Shown here one piece after another: positions 47,144-56,421 of a DNA stretch of 60,991 bases; within the stretch, counting starts at the first letter, position 1; every line of letters begins with the position of its first letter. The position numbers and the translations under genes were made by a program. The stretch covers positions 1 to 60,991 of the forward strand of contig CALRTF020000001.1 of the NCBI GenBank assembly GCA_943370985.1, read 5' to 3'. Under the pieces are notes generated by a model that was given only the letters and a program-made list of their open reading frames with translations, had not been told where the DNA came from and searched no databases. The DNA is from Paenacidovorax caeni (GTDB taxonomy: Bacteria; Pseudomonadota; Gammaproteobacteria; Burkholderiales; Burkholderiaceae_C).

Positions 47144-48147
47144 GGTTGTTGGGCCTGTCGAATGTGCGGGGTCAGGTGTTCGCGGAATTCATGGGGCGTC
47201 GTTCCCAAGGCTTTCTCGAACACGCGCGTGAGCTGCTGGCGTCCGGAGAAACCACAGCGCAACGCGATTTTTTCCAGAGGCTGGTCGGTGGCGCAAAGCA
47301 GTGCACGCGCCAGATCGACCTGGGCTGCGGCGATGTACCGGGACGGAGATACCCCCATCTCGTCTTTGAACTTGCGAGTCAGCTGACGCGAACTCAAGCA
47401 GACGTGGGCGGCGACCTGCTCCAGCGTGACGCCCGATTCAAGGTGGCGAAGGATGAACTCCGTCGCCTTCTGCACACGGCCACACTCGCTGCCATAGGAA
47501 GTGAGCGCAGTGCTGTATTGGCTCTGGCCGGCAGATCGCACGCGAAAAACCACCAGCTCTCTTGCAATCGCAAGCGCCAGATCCCTGCCGAAATCCTCAT
47601 CCACGAGACTCAGCGCCAGATCAATGCCCGCCGTGGCGCCCGCCGAAGAGAACAGCTTTCCTTCACGCACATACATCGCATCGATGTTCAGCAATACGTC
47701 CGGATAACGCTGTGCAAACTCGGTGGCGTGATTCCAATGCGTGGTCGCGGGCTTGCCGGACAACATGCCGGCCTCGGCCACGATGTAGGCGCCGGTACAC
47801 ACCGAGCCAAGCCGGTTGACGCGCGGCTGCACGGCGCGCAGCCAGTTGTGCAATTGCAGATCGTGTCGCGCCTTCAGCACACCGGGCCCGCCTGCAACCA
47901 GCACGGTGTCGAATGCGCAGATTTCTGGCGCAGGCAGCGCCGCAGTTTGCAAGCGCAGGCCGGAAGAGGCATGTATCTCGCCGCCGAAGGTCGACAAGGC
48001 CGTCACCCGGTAACGCTCAGGCTCCCCTGCTTTCTGCAGAAGAAAGTTGGCCCTGCCAAACACGTCGCCTGGTCCAGCAAGGTCGAGCAGGAGGACATCG
48101 TCAAAAACAACGATGGCGATCTCGCGCGTGGGTGGACCTGGGCTCAT
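47140..48147 (-). CDS. GlxA-family AraC regulator (DJ-1-like plus HTH)
   Basis: LDLAGP, SVCTGA, ATTHW and SAGATAGID motifs; C-terminal AraC HTH. Confidence 0.92.
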   Translation of the reverse strand: MSPGPPTREIAIVVFDDVLLLDLAGPGDVFGRANFLLQKAGEPERYRVTALSTFGGEIHASSGLRLQTAALPAPEICAFDTVLVAGGPGVLKARHDLQLHNWLRAVQPRVNRLGSVCTGAYIVAEAGMLSGKPATTHWNHATEFAQRYPDVLLNIDAMYVREGKLFSSAGATAGIDLALSLVDEDFGRDLALAIARELVVFRVRSAGQSQYSTALTSYGSECGRVQKATEFILRHLESGVTLEQVAAHVCLSSRQLTRKFKDEMGVSPSRYIAAAQVDLARALLCATDQPLEKIALRCGFSGRQQLTRVFEKALGTTPHEFREHLTPHIRQAQQP

Positions 48148-48163
48148 GGATCTTCTGATGGAC

Positions 48164-49141
48164 TCAGTCCGCAACAAAACCGATCTCTTTGACGATTTTT
48201 TGCCATTGCCCGTATTCCTTCTGCATGGTTGCGGCCAGGAAGGACGACTCACCTTCCGCCATTTCGAGCCCGGCGCCCATCAGCTTTTTCCTCACATCCT
48301 CGGAGGTGACCGCATGCCGCACCGCCATGCGGTATTTCGACACCGTCTCACTGGGAGTGTTCGCCGCCAGAAAATACGAGAACCACTCGCGATTGACGAG
48401 ATTGGCGTAGCCCAGTTCGGGAAAGGTCGGAACCTCCGGCAGCTGCGACGTCCGGGACGTGCCCGTGACGGCAAGAATCTGGAGTTTGCCAGCGCGATAG
48501 TGTTCCAGGATGTCGCTCTGAGCCATGAACCCGAAAGGCACTTGGCCAGACAGGACATCCTGAAGCAAGGGTGCGGAGCCCTTGTAGGCCACATGTTCAA
48601 ACCCCGCTTGAAGAGCCCGCTGCAACAGCACGCCCGAGAAGTGGAACACGCTGCCGGAAGCGGGTGTGCCGTAAAAGCCATATCTCTGATCGCGCTTGAG
48701 GAGCGCCACAAGTTCGGCAAACGCCTTGACCGGCGTCGTTGTGGCGGCGACCAGGACGATAGGAACGGTGGCGACTGTCCCGATGGGAATGAAATCTTCA
48801 AACGGTCGGTAGCGAAGCGCCTTGTAGGTATGGGGATAGATGACCATGGATGAGCCGATGGTCTGCAGCAGCAGCGTTCCATCTGCAGGTGCGTTTTTGA
48901 CCATCTCGATCGCAAGCTGCCCTCCCGCTCCCGCCTTGTTTTCCACAATCACCGAAGTGCCAAGGCTTGACGCCAGCGCCGGAACCACGGCGCGGGCGAT
49001 CCGGTCGCCGGTTGCGCCGGGAGGGAATCCGACCAGCAGACGGGCAGCCGCTTCGGAGCGCGCGCTCAAAGAAAATCCGCCGAATGATGCGCCTAGCGCC
49101 AGCCCACCCAGGTCCGAGACAAAACGACGACGAGTTTTCAT
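48164..49141 (-). CDS. Bug/TctC tripartite tricarboxylate transporter substrate-binding protein
   Basis: TRRRF signal; VGFPPG, VENKAGAGG, YKGSAP and LPEVPTF motifs. Confidence 0.92.
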   Translation of the reverse strand: MKTRRRFVSDLGGLALGASFGGFSLSARSEAAARLLVGFPPGATGDRIARAVVPALASSLGTSVIVENKAGAGGQLAIEMVKNAPADGTLLLQTIGSSMVIYPHTYKALRYRPFEDFIPIGTVATVPIVLVAATTTPVKAFAELVALLKRDQRYGFYGTPASGSVFHFSGVLLQRALQAGFEHVAYKGSAPLLQDVLSGQVPFGFMAQSDILEHYRAGKLQILAVTGTSRTSQLPEVPTFPELGYANLVNREWFSYFLAANTPSETVSKYRMAVRHAVTSEDVRKKLMGAGLEMAEGESSFLAATMQKEYGQWQKIVKEIGFVAD

Positions 49142-49419
49142 GGGGTCTTCCTCGAGATTGCCGAAGGGCCATCCTGGATCCAGTGTGATTCCGGCGGGCT
49201 GCCGTTGTCGGACATAAGCGGTCGATTTATGGACGTTCTGGAAGGTGTCACCGCTTTGCATCGCGCTGGAGCCGGAAACCCTTCCCGATGCCAGGACGCT
49301 CTACTCCCCTGACGGGATCACTGGCATGAGTCACTGGCATTCTGCAATGCCCGCACAGTGGCGCGAACGGCTGGCCCTGCAGCACGGGGCGTGCTCGCAC
49401 AACAGGGCGGCAGGATAGA

Positions 49420-49599
49420 GGCCATGCCGGATGCGCAGCATGCGCTCCAGCCGGATGGGCTCGCGACCGTGGCCGGTCCTGGGGAGATGAGCGGCAGAAG
49501 GTCGCGCAGCGCCTTCCAGGGAAGGATTGCTTCCATCACCCTCAAATTTGTCGCGCCATCAGGGCTTGCAGCCCTCGGTCCTGTGATCTTCTGCTTCAT
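49420..49599 (-). mobile_element. IS5-family transposase N-terminal remnant (frameshifted)
   Basis: MKQ...MEAILPWKALRDLL, then in a shifted frame PRTGHGREPIRLERMLRI, matching the IS5 N-terminal pattern (VVPW...GRPP...LERMLRI). Confidence 0.75.
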
Positions 49600-49670
49600 T
49601 CTGCGTGCTCCACGATCCCTGCCTTGACGCATGCAAGTCCCGGGCCAACAGAACCCGTCTTGACCTGCCC

Positions 49671-50090
49671 TCAGGTGACGAGGTCCCGCATCCAGTCGGG
49701 CAAGGTGGCCGCCTTCTGGCTCGGGAAGTCCACCCAGATGGTGGTGGCACCGCCGGCCGCGTAAATCACGCCAGGCTGGTCGACACGCTCCATGGTGCCC
49801 CAGGTCTCGAAGGTCGTGCGGCCCGGGTCGCTGGCGTACATGCGCACCAGGATGTCGCCCGGGTATTCGAGCTGCTTGTAGAAGTTGCAGAAGGCATTGA
49901 CGATGACCGGGCCTTCGCCTTTCGGGTCCGGGATACAGCCGATGGAATACATCCAGTCGATGCGCACCGTCTCCAGGTAGCGGAAGTAGCTGGCATTGTT
50001 GACGTGGCCCATGGCGTCCATGTCGCCCCAGCGGATAGTCATGGACTTCTCGAAGACCAGTTTCTCTTTTTCGGGAATCTCGATTTTCAT
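49671..50090 (-). CDS. Acyl-CoA thioesterase (4HBT-like)
   Basis: RWGDMDAMGHVNNASY motif. Confidence 0.92.
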   Translation of the reverse strand: MKIEIPEKEKLVFEKSMTIRWGDMDAMGHVNNASYFRYLETVRIDWMYSIGCIPDPKGEGPVIVNAFCNFYKQLEYPGDILVRMYASDPGRTTFETWGTMERVDQPGVIYAAGGATTIWVDFPSQKAATLPDWMRDLVT

Positions 50091-50120
50091 TGTCAGGGCA
50101 TGTTGGGTAGGACAAGGCGC

Positions 50121-51023
50121 TCAGCGGTGCGCGCGAATGGAAGCCAGGATGCCCAGCGTGAACAGCACGCAGGCAGCGAGTTGCATGGTGGTGGGCCAAT
50201 GCCCGTCCCACATGAAAGAATACAACAGCGCAAAAATGGTTTCGCTGACGATGAGCTGCCCGCACAGGCTGGCGCTGAGCTGCTGGCTGGCCATGTTCCA
50301 CAAAATCGTGGCCAGCCAGGTCGAGCCTGCACCGGCAGCGACGCACAGAAGAACAAACATCCCCCGGTCTTCGCGCGCAGCCAGCACCGACCAGTCCTTA
50401 CCACCCGCCAGCCACATCAGCGGGGCGCCCAGACCGGTGGCCACGCCCAGCCAGTTGGCCCAATCGGTGGCGTTCACCTCGGGGTGGCGTTTGAGCCAGG
50501 CCGAGTTAACAACCGCAAATACCGTCCAGCACACCAGCGACGCGAGCGCAAAGCCCGTGCCGCGCCAGAAGTGGGCAGCTTCACTCTGCCCAGCGCCGTC
50601 CGTGCTGCCCATCATCAGCGCCAACCCGGCCAGCGTGAGAGCCAGGCCCGGCAGCAGTGAGGCCCAGCGCAATCCCTGCGGTTTGCCCAGCAGCATGACC
50701 CAGATGGGAATGGTGCCGATCAGCAGCGACGGAACCTCGGTGCCCGCATCGCGGATGGCCAGCACCAGCAACAGGTAATAGCCGCTGAAACCCAGCACAC
50801 TCATGACCAGCGCGGCGCCCGCCTGTCGCAGGGTTGGCAAGCGGCGGCTGCGCCAGCCTGCCAGCATCACCGCTGCGGCCAGCATCCCGTATACGGCAAA
50901 ACGTCCGGCCGTGAGGTCTATCGACGAATACCCGCCCGGCCCTGTCTCCAGCATGCGCGGCGCAACAAACACCAGACCCCACAAGGCGCCGGCCGCCAGC
51001 CCGGCCAGGATGCCCGTCAGCAT
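50121..51023 (-). CDS. DMT/EamA family transporter
   Basis: About 10 TMs; ALWGLVF, GRFAVYG and GQLIVSETIF motifs. Confidence 0.88.
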   Translation of the reverse strand: MLTGILAGLAAGALWGLVFVAPRMLETGPGGYSSIDLTAGRFAVYGMLAAAVMLAGWRSRRLPTLRQAGAALVMSVLGFSGYYLLLVLAIRDAGTEVPSLLIGTIPIWVMLLGKPQGLRWASLLPGLALTLAGLALMMGSTDGAGQSEAAHFWRGTGFALASLVCWTVFAVVNSAWLKRHPEVNATDWANWLGVATGLGAPLMWLAGGKDWSVLAAREDRGMFVLLCVAAGAGSTWLATILWNMASQQLSASLCGQLIVSETIFALLYSFMWDGHWPTTMQLAACVLFTLGILASIRAHR

Positions 51024-51064
51024 GGGCGGCCAACGGGGGGAAACAGCAACCCCCTCACCCCGGT

Positions 51065-51847
51065 TCAGGCGCCGAAGCCATCGTCGGCGGCAATCACCGC
51101 GCCATTGATGAAATGGCTCTGGCCGCTGGCCAGCATCACCAGCAACGCGTCCAGGTCCTCGGGTGTGCCTATGCGTTTGCGCGGCAGCATCTGCACCAGC
51201 TTCTTGCCCTGCTCGGTTTCCCAGTGGTGGTGGTTGATCTCGGTATCGATGTAGCCCGGGCAGATGGCGTTGACGTTGATGCCGAACTTGCCCCATTCCA
51301 GCGCCATGGCCCGGGTCATCTGCACCACGGCGGCCTTGCTCATGCAGTACACGCCGATCTGCGGCAACACGCGCAGGCCGGCCATCGAGGCGATGTTGAT
51401 GATGCGACCGCCGGAAAATGCGCCCGGCGCCATGCCACGTGCGCGCGCCAGCATGCGTTTGCCGACCTCCTGGCCGACAAAAAAAGCGCCCTTGACGTTG
51501 GTGTTGAAAATGAAGTCGTAGTCGTCCTCACCCACATCCTGCAGGCGCTGCGTGGTGCTGACGCCGGAGTTGTTGACCAGGATGTCGATGGGCCCGACCT
51601 CGGTCTCGGCATGCGCCACGGCAGACTTGATGCTGGCCGTGTCCGTCACATCGAGCATCACCACATGTGCGTCGCCGCCCTCGGCCTCGATCTGCGCGCG
51701 CAGGTCCTTGAGCTTGTCCATGCGCCGGCTCGCGAGCACCACCGCAGCACCCGCGCGGCTCAGGGTTTTGGCAAACTGCGCGCCCAGGCCGCCCGAAGCC
51801 CCTGTCACCAGCGCAACCCTTCCCGACAAATCCATGCTGTAAGCCAT
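51065..51847 (-). CDS. SDR family oxidoreductase
   Basis: TGASGGLG, NNSG, YCMSK and PGYIDT motifs. Confidence 0.95.
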   Translation of the reverse strand: MAYSMDLSGRVALVTGASGGLGAQFAKTLSRAGAAVVLASRRMDKLKDLRAQIEAEGGDAHVVMLDVTDTASIKSAVAHAETEVGPIDILVNNSGVSTTQRLQDVGEDDYDFIFNTNVKGAFFVGQEVGKRMLARARGMAPGAFSGGRIINIASMAGLRVLPQIGVYCMSKAAVVQMTRAMALEWGKFGINVNAICPGYIDTEINHHHWETEQGKKLVQMLPRKRIGTPEDLDALLVMLASGQSHFINGAVIAADDGFGA

Positions 51848-51971
51848 GGCAAACTCCTTTCATCATTAGAGACGGGTGTCTGACCTGCGGCCGGCCCGGG
51901 CAGAATAAAATCAGCCTCTGCACCGGCGGACACAGCCGACACCTTACGCAAATCATTATCAGCGAGCCCCC

Positions 51972-53657
51972 ATGAACAACCAAGACATCCTCGCCCAGTT
52001 CGGCCCCCGTGAAGCCATGGAATACGACGTGGTCGTGGTCGGCGGCGGCCCTGGCGGGCTGGCCACCGCGATCCGCCTGAAGCAGCTGGCTGCAGAAAAA
52101 GGCACGGAGCTGTCGGTGGTGGTGCTCGAAAAAGGCTCCGAGCCAGGCGCCCACATCCTCAGTGGCGCGGTGATGGACCCCAAGGCCCTGACCGAGCTGA
52201 TCCCCAACTGGAAGGAACTGGGCGCTCCGCTGAACCAGGCCGTCACCGCCGATGAGGTGCTGTTCCTCAGCGAGACCGGCGCCACCAAAACCCCCGGCTT
52301 TCTGGTGCCCGAGTGTTTCCACAACGAAGGCAATTACGTCATCAGCCTCGGCAATGTGGTGCGCTGGCTGGCGCAGCAGGCCGAAAACCTCGGCGTTGAA
52401 ATTTTCCCCGGCTTCGCCGCCGCTGAAGTGCTTTACAACGACGATGGTTCGGTCAAGGGCGTCGCCACCGGCAACCTCGGCGTCGGCAAGGATGGCCAGC
52501 CCAGCGACCACTTCCAGCTCGGCATGGAGCTGCACGGCAAGTACACCATCTTCGCCGAAGGCGCGCGCGGCCACCTGGGCCGCCAGCTGATGGCGCAGTT
52601 CAAGCTCAATGAGGGCAAGGACCCGCAGGCCTATGCGCTGGGCGTGAAGGAACTCTGGGAAATCGATCCGGCCAAACACAAGCCCGGCCTGGTCGTGCAC
52701 ACCGCCGGCTGGCCCATGGACAGCAAGACCTACGGCGGCGGCTTCATGTACCACCTCGAGGACAACAAGGTCACGCTGGGCCTGGTGGTCGGTCTCGACT
52801 ACACCAACCCTTACCTCAGCCCCTTCGAGGAAATGCAGCGCTGGAAGACCCACCCCAGCATCAAGGCCTACCTCGAGGGCGGCAAACGCATCAGCTACGG
52901 CGCGCGCGCCATCACGGCCGGCGGACTGGTCAGCCTGCCCAAAACCGTGTTCCCCGGCGGCGCCCTGATCGGCTGCGAAGCCGGTTACCTCAATGCCGCG
53001 CGCATCAAGGGCAGCCACGCGGCGATCAAGACCGGCATGCTGGCCGCCGAAGCCGCTTATGACGCCGTCACCGCAGGCCGCCAGCACGACGAACTCACGG
53101 CCTACCCCGAAGCTTTCGAAAAGAGCTGGCTGTTTGCCGAGCTCCAGCAGTCGCGCAACTTCAAGCAGTGGTTCAAGAAAGGCGTTTACCTCGGTTCCTT
53201 CATGACCGGCATCGAGCAGTGGCTGCTGCCCAAGCTGGGCATACGCAACCCGCCCTGGAGCCTGCGCCGCACCACGGCCGACCACGCCATGCTCAAGCCG
53301 GCCGCCGAGTGCCAGCCCATCGTCTACCCCAAGCCCGACAACAAGATCACCTTCGACCGCCTGAGTTCGGTGTTTGTCTCCAACACCAACCATGAAGAGC
53401 AGCAACCGGCGCATCTGACACTGAAAGATGCCAGCGTGCCGGTCAACATCAACCTGGCCACCTACGCCGGGCCGGAGGCGCGTTATTGCCCGGCCGGTGT
53501 TTACGAGTTCGTGAAGAACCCCGACAACAGCGACCGCCTGCAGATCAACGCGCAGAACTGCGTGCACTGCAAGACCTGCGACATCAAGGACCCGACGCAG
53601 AACATCGTCTGGGTCACGCCCGAAGGCGGCGGCGGGCCCAACTACAGCGGCATGTAA
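51972..53657 (+). CDS. Electron transfer flavoprotein-ubiquinone oxidoreductase
   Basis: VGGGPGG, HILSGA, RIKGSH, CPAGVY and NCVHCKTCD 4Fe-4S motifs. Confidence 0.96.
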   Translation: MNNQDILAQFGPREAMEYDVVVVGGGPGGLATAIRLKQLAAEKGTELSVVVLEKGSEPGAHILSGAVMDPKALTELIPNWKELGAPLNQAVTADEVLFLSETGATKTPGFLVPECFHNEGNYVISLGNVVRWLAQQAENLGVEIFPGFAAAEVLYNDDGSVKGVATGNLGVGKDGQPSDHFQLGMELHGKYTIFAEGARGHLGRQLMAQFKLNEGKDPQAYALGVKELWEIDPAKHKPGLVVHTAGWPMDSKTYGGGFMYHLEDNKVTLGLVVGLDYTNPYLSPFEEMQRWKTHPSIKAYLEGGKRISYGARAITAGGLVSLPKTVFPGGALIGCEAGYLNAARIKGSHAAIKTGMLAAEAAYDAVTAGRQHDELTAYPEAFEKSWLFAELQQSRNFKQWFKKGVYLGSFMTGIEQWLLPKLGIRNPPWSLRRTTADHAMLKPAAECQPIVYPKPDNKITFDRLSSVFVSNTNHEEQQPAHLTLKDASVPVNINLATYAGPEARYCPAGVYEFVKNPDNSDRLQINAQNCVHCKTCDIKDPTQNIVWVTPEGGGGPNYSGM

Positions 53658-53773
53658 GCGCCGGCGGCGGCGCCTGGCCAGCGCCTGCAGCGGCCTGCAT
53701 CAGGGCGCGCTAGACTCGGTGCCTTCCGCCCGGTTCCTGTCCGGAACCAACGCACCGTGAAAGCTTCAGACCC

Positions 53774-54772
53774 ATGAACATCGTCATCACCGGCGGCGCC
53801 GGATTTCTGGGCGTCCGCCTGGCCCGTGAACTGCTCAAACAGGAATCGCTGTCGCTGGCAGGCGCACCGGCGCAGGCCATCAGCCGCATCACCCTGGTGG
53901 ACCGCGCCGCCCCGCCCGCAGACCTGATGGCCGACGTCCGCGTGCGGGCCATCGAGGGCGACCTCAATACACTGCTCGAGCCTGGCCAGGCCTCGTCACC
54001 GGTGATTGCCGAGGGCAGCTCGCTGGTTTTTCATCTGGCCGCTGCGGTCAGCGGCGAATGTGAGGCCGACTTCGACCTCGGCATGCGCAGCAACCTCGAC
54101 GCCACGCGTGCGCTGCTGCAGGCCTGCCGCGCGCTGAAGGCCAGGCCGACCCTGGTATTTGCCAGTTCGCTGGCGGTGTTCGGCAACTCGCCCGAACAGC
54201 CGCTGCCCGAGGTGATCACCGACACCACCCTGCCCACGCCGCAAAACAGCTACGGCATCCAGAAGTTCATCGGTGAACAACTGGTGGCCGACTATGCGCG
54301 CAAGGGATTCATTCGCGGCCGCAACGTGCGCCTGATGACGGTCAGCGTGCGTCCCGGCAAACCGAATGGCGCGGCCTCGAGTTTTCTCAGCGGCATGATC
54401 CGCGAGCCGCTGGCCGGGGTGCGGGCGGTCTGCCCGGTGCCCCGCGAAACACCGGTGGCCCTGTCCTCGCCAGGCCACACCATCGCCGGCCTGATCCGCG
54501 CGGCCGAGGCCAGCGATGCCGACTGGGGTGCACGCACGGCGATCAACCTGCCGGCACTCAAGACCACCGTCGGCGACATGGCCGCGGCCCTGGCCCGCGT
54601 CGCCGGCGAGGACGTCGCCGCGCTGATCGACTGGCAAGCCGACCCGGCGATCGCCCGCATCGTCACCAGCTGGCCGGCCCACATCCAGGCCAGCCGGGCC
54701 GCCGGGCTCGGCCTGCTGCCGGAAGAAAATTTCGACGACATCATTCGCGCCTACCTCAGCGAAAACCCCTAG
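53774..54772 (+). CDS. denD: D-erythronate dehydrogenase-like extended SDR
   Basis: TGGAGFLG, HLAAAVSGECEADFDLG, SYGIQK and RPGKPNGAASSF motifs. Confidence 0.75.
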   Translation: MNIVITGGAGFLGVRLARELLKQESLSLAGAPAQAISRITLVDRAAPPADLMADVRVRAIEGDLNTLLEPGQASSPVIAEGSSLVFHLAAAVSGECEADFDLGMRSNLDATRALLQACRALKARPTLVFASSLAVFGNSPEQPLPEVITDTTLPTPQNSYGIQKFIGEQLVADYARKGFIRGRNVRLMTVSVRPGKPNGAASSFLSGMIREPLAGVRAVCPVPRETPVALSSPGHTIAGLIRAAEASDADWGARTAINLPALKTTVGDMAAALARVAGEDVAALIDWQADPAIARIVTSWPAHIQASRAAGLGLLPEENFDDIIRAYLSENP

Positions 54773-54854
54773 GCAGTGCGCCCGCCTGCGGGGTGAAAAT
54801 CAGAAGTTGTATGACAACTTTCAGACCCTTCCCTTTTTATCCGAGGAGACATCC

Positions 54855-55841
54855 ATGACATTTTTCAAACCTGCGCTTTCCAGGCTGGCCCTGGGCATGA
54901 CGCTGGCGCTCGGCCTCGTCGCCGGCGCCGCCGCCCAGACCACCATGAAGATCAGCATCTCGACGGCGCAGAATTCGCACCAGGGCGTCGCCATCGACAC
55001 CTTCGCGCGGGAAGTTGAAAAACGCACCGGCGGCCGCTACAAGGTCCAGACCTTTTACAACGGCGCACTTGGTGGCGAACGCGAGTCCATCGAAGCGGTG
55101 CAGCTGGGCACGCAGGAGCTGGCCTTCTCGTCGACTGGCCCGGTGCCCAACTTCGTGCCGGAAACCAAGATCCTCGACGTGCCCTTCCTGTTCCGTGACA
55201 AGGCCCACGCCCGCGCGGTGCTGGACGGCCCCATCGGCCAGGATCTGCTGACCAAGTTCGACAGCAAGGGGTTCAAGGCCCTGGCCTGGGCCGAAAACGG
55301 TTTCCGCCACATGACCAACAGCAAGCGTGACGTCAAGGGACCGGAAGACCTCAAGGGCCTGAAGATGCGCACCATGGAAAACCCCGTGCACATCGCCGCC
55401 TACAAGGGCTTCGGCATCGTGACCACACCCATGGCCTTCCCGGAAGTGTTCACCGCGCTGCAGCAGGGCACGGTCGACGGCCAGGAAAATCCGCTGTCGG
55501 TGATCATCTCCGCCAAGTTCGACCAGGTGCAGAAACACCTGACGCTGACCGGCCACGTTTATTCGCCGTGCATCTTCGTCATGAACAAGGCCTCCTTCGA
55601 CAAGCTGTCGGCGGCTGACAAGCAGGCCTTCCTCGACGCCGCGAAAGAAGGCACCAAGGCCAACCGCGCCCGTGTCGACGAGGACGATGCCAAGGGTGTG
55701 GCCGACCTGCGCGCCAAGGGCATGACCGTGATCGACAACGTCGACAAGGCCAGGTTTGTGGCTGCGCTGGCACCGGTGAACGCCGAGTTCGAGAAGCAGT
55801 TCGGCAAACCCAACATCGACAAGATCCGCGCCGTCAAATAA
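54855..55841 (+). CDS. dctP: TRAP transporter substrate-binding protein
   Basis: Signal peptide; ENGFRH, GLKMRT and ALQQGTVDGQENP motifs. Confidence 0.93.
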   Translation: MTFFKPALSRLALGMTLALGLVAGAAAQTTMKISISTAQNSHQGVAIDTFAREVEKRTGGRYKVQTFYNGALGGERESIEAVQLGTQELAFSSTGPVPNFVPETKILDVPFLFRDKAHARAVLDGPIGQDLLTKFDSKGFKALAWAENGFRHMTNSKRDVKGPEDLKGLKMRTMENPVHIAAYKGFGIVTTPMAFPEVFTALQQGTVDGQENPLSVIISAKFDQVQKHLTLTGHVYSPCIFVMNKASFDKLSAADKQAFLDAAKEGTKANRARVDEDDAKGVADLRAKGMTVIDNVDKARFVAALAPVNAEFEKQFGKPNIDKIRAVK

Positions 55842-55852
55842 GCACTTCGTTC

Positions 55853-55906
55853 GCTATACTTTCAGTAGCTGGACACGCCCGCAGCCATTCGGCTGGCGGG
55901 CGTTTT
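55853..55906 (+). repeat. 54-bp motif, copy H (dctP-dctQ spacer)
   Basis: GCT-ATACTTTCA-GTAGCT-N21-GCTGGCGGGC-GTTTT. Confidence 0.75.
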
Positions 55907-55926
55907 CCTTGTCAAACCGGTAGCCC

Positions 55927-56421
55927 ATGAAACACGCCTTCCTCACCCTCGAACGCTGGACCACGGGCTTTGCCACGCTGGTGGCCTGCGTGATGCTGGC
56001 CATCGCCTCGGCGCTGGGCATGTTCCAGATCATCACCCGCTTCGTGCTCGAGCAACCGGCCGAATGGACCGAGATCCTGATCCGCCTGTCGCTGATCTGG
56101 ATGGTGTTCATGGGCATCCCGGCCGCTTTCCGGCAAGGCGCCATGGTCAGCGTCGATGTGCTGTACCGCTGGAGCCCGATCAAGCTCAAACGCGTGCTGG
56201 ACTGGGTGGTTTGCCTGGCCGCGCTGCTGCTGATCGCCATCATCATCTGGTGGGGCTGGGACTACGCGCTGCGCGGCCGCGTGCAGTCCATGGCCGGGCT
56301 GGAATCGATTTCGATGTTCTGGGGTTATGTGGCGATGCCCATAGGCGCGATGTTCTGCGTGATTGGCATCATCGGCAACCTGATCGACCCGCAGCGCCAT
56401 GAACTGGAGACCGCGCAATGA
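55927..56421 (+). CDS. dctQ: TRAP transporter small permease
   Basis: Four TMs; WTEILIR motif; located between dctP and dctM. Confidence 0.9.
   Translation: MKHAFLTLERWTTGFATLVACVMLAIASALGMFQIITRFVLEQPAEWTEILIRLSLIWMVFMGIPAAFRQGAMVSVDVLYRWSPIKLKRVLDWVVCLAALLLIAIIIWWGWDYALRGRVQSMAGLESISMFWGYVAMPIGAMFCVIGIIGNLIDPQRHELETAQ

Noticed and set aside
49318-50346. 342-aa ORF spanning the thioesterase gene
   Set aside because: A chance fusion of an alternate frame with the IS5 remnant, not a coherent protein
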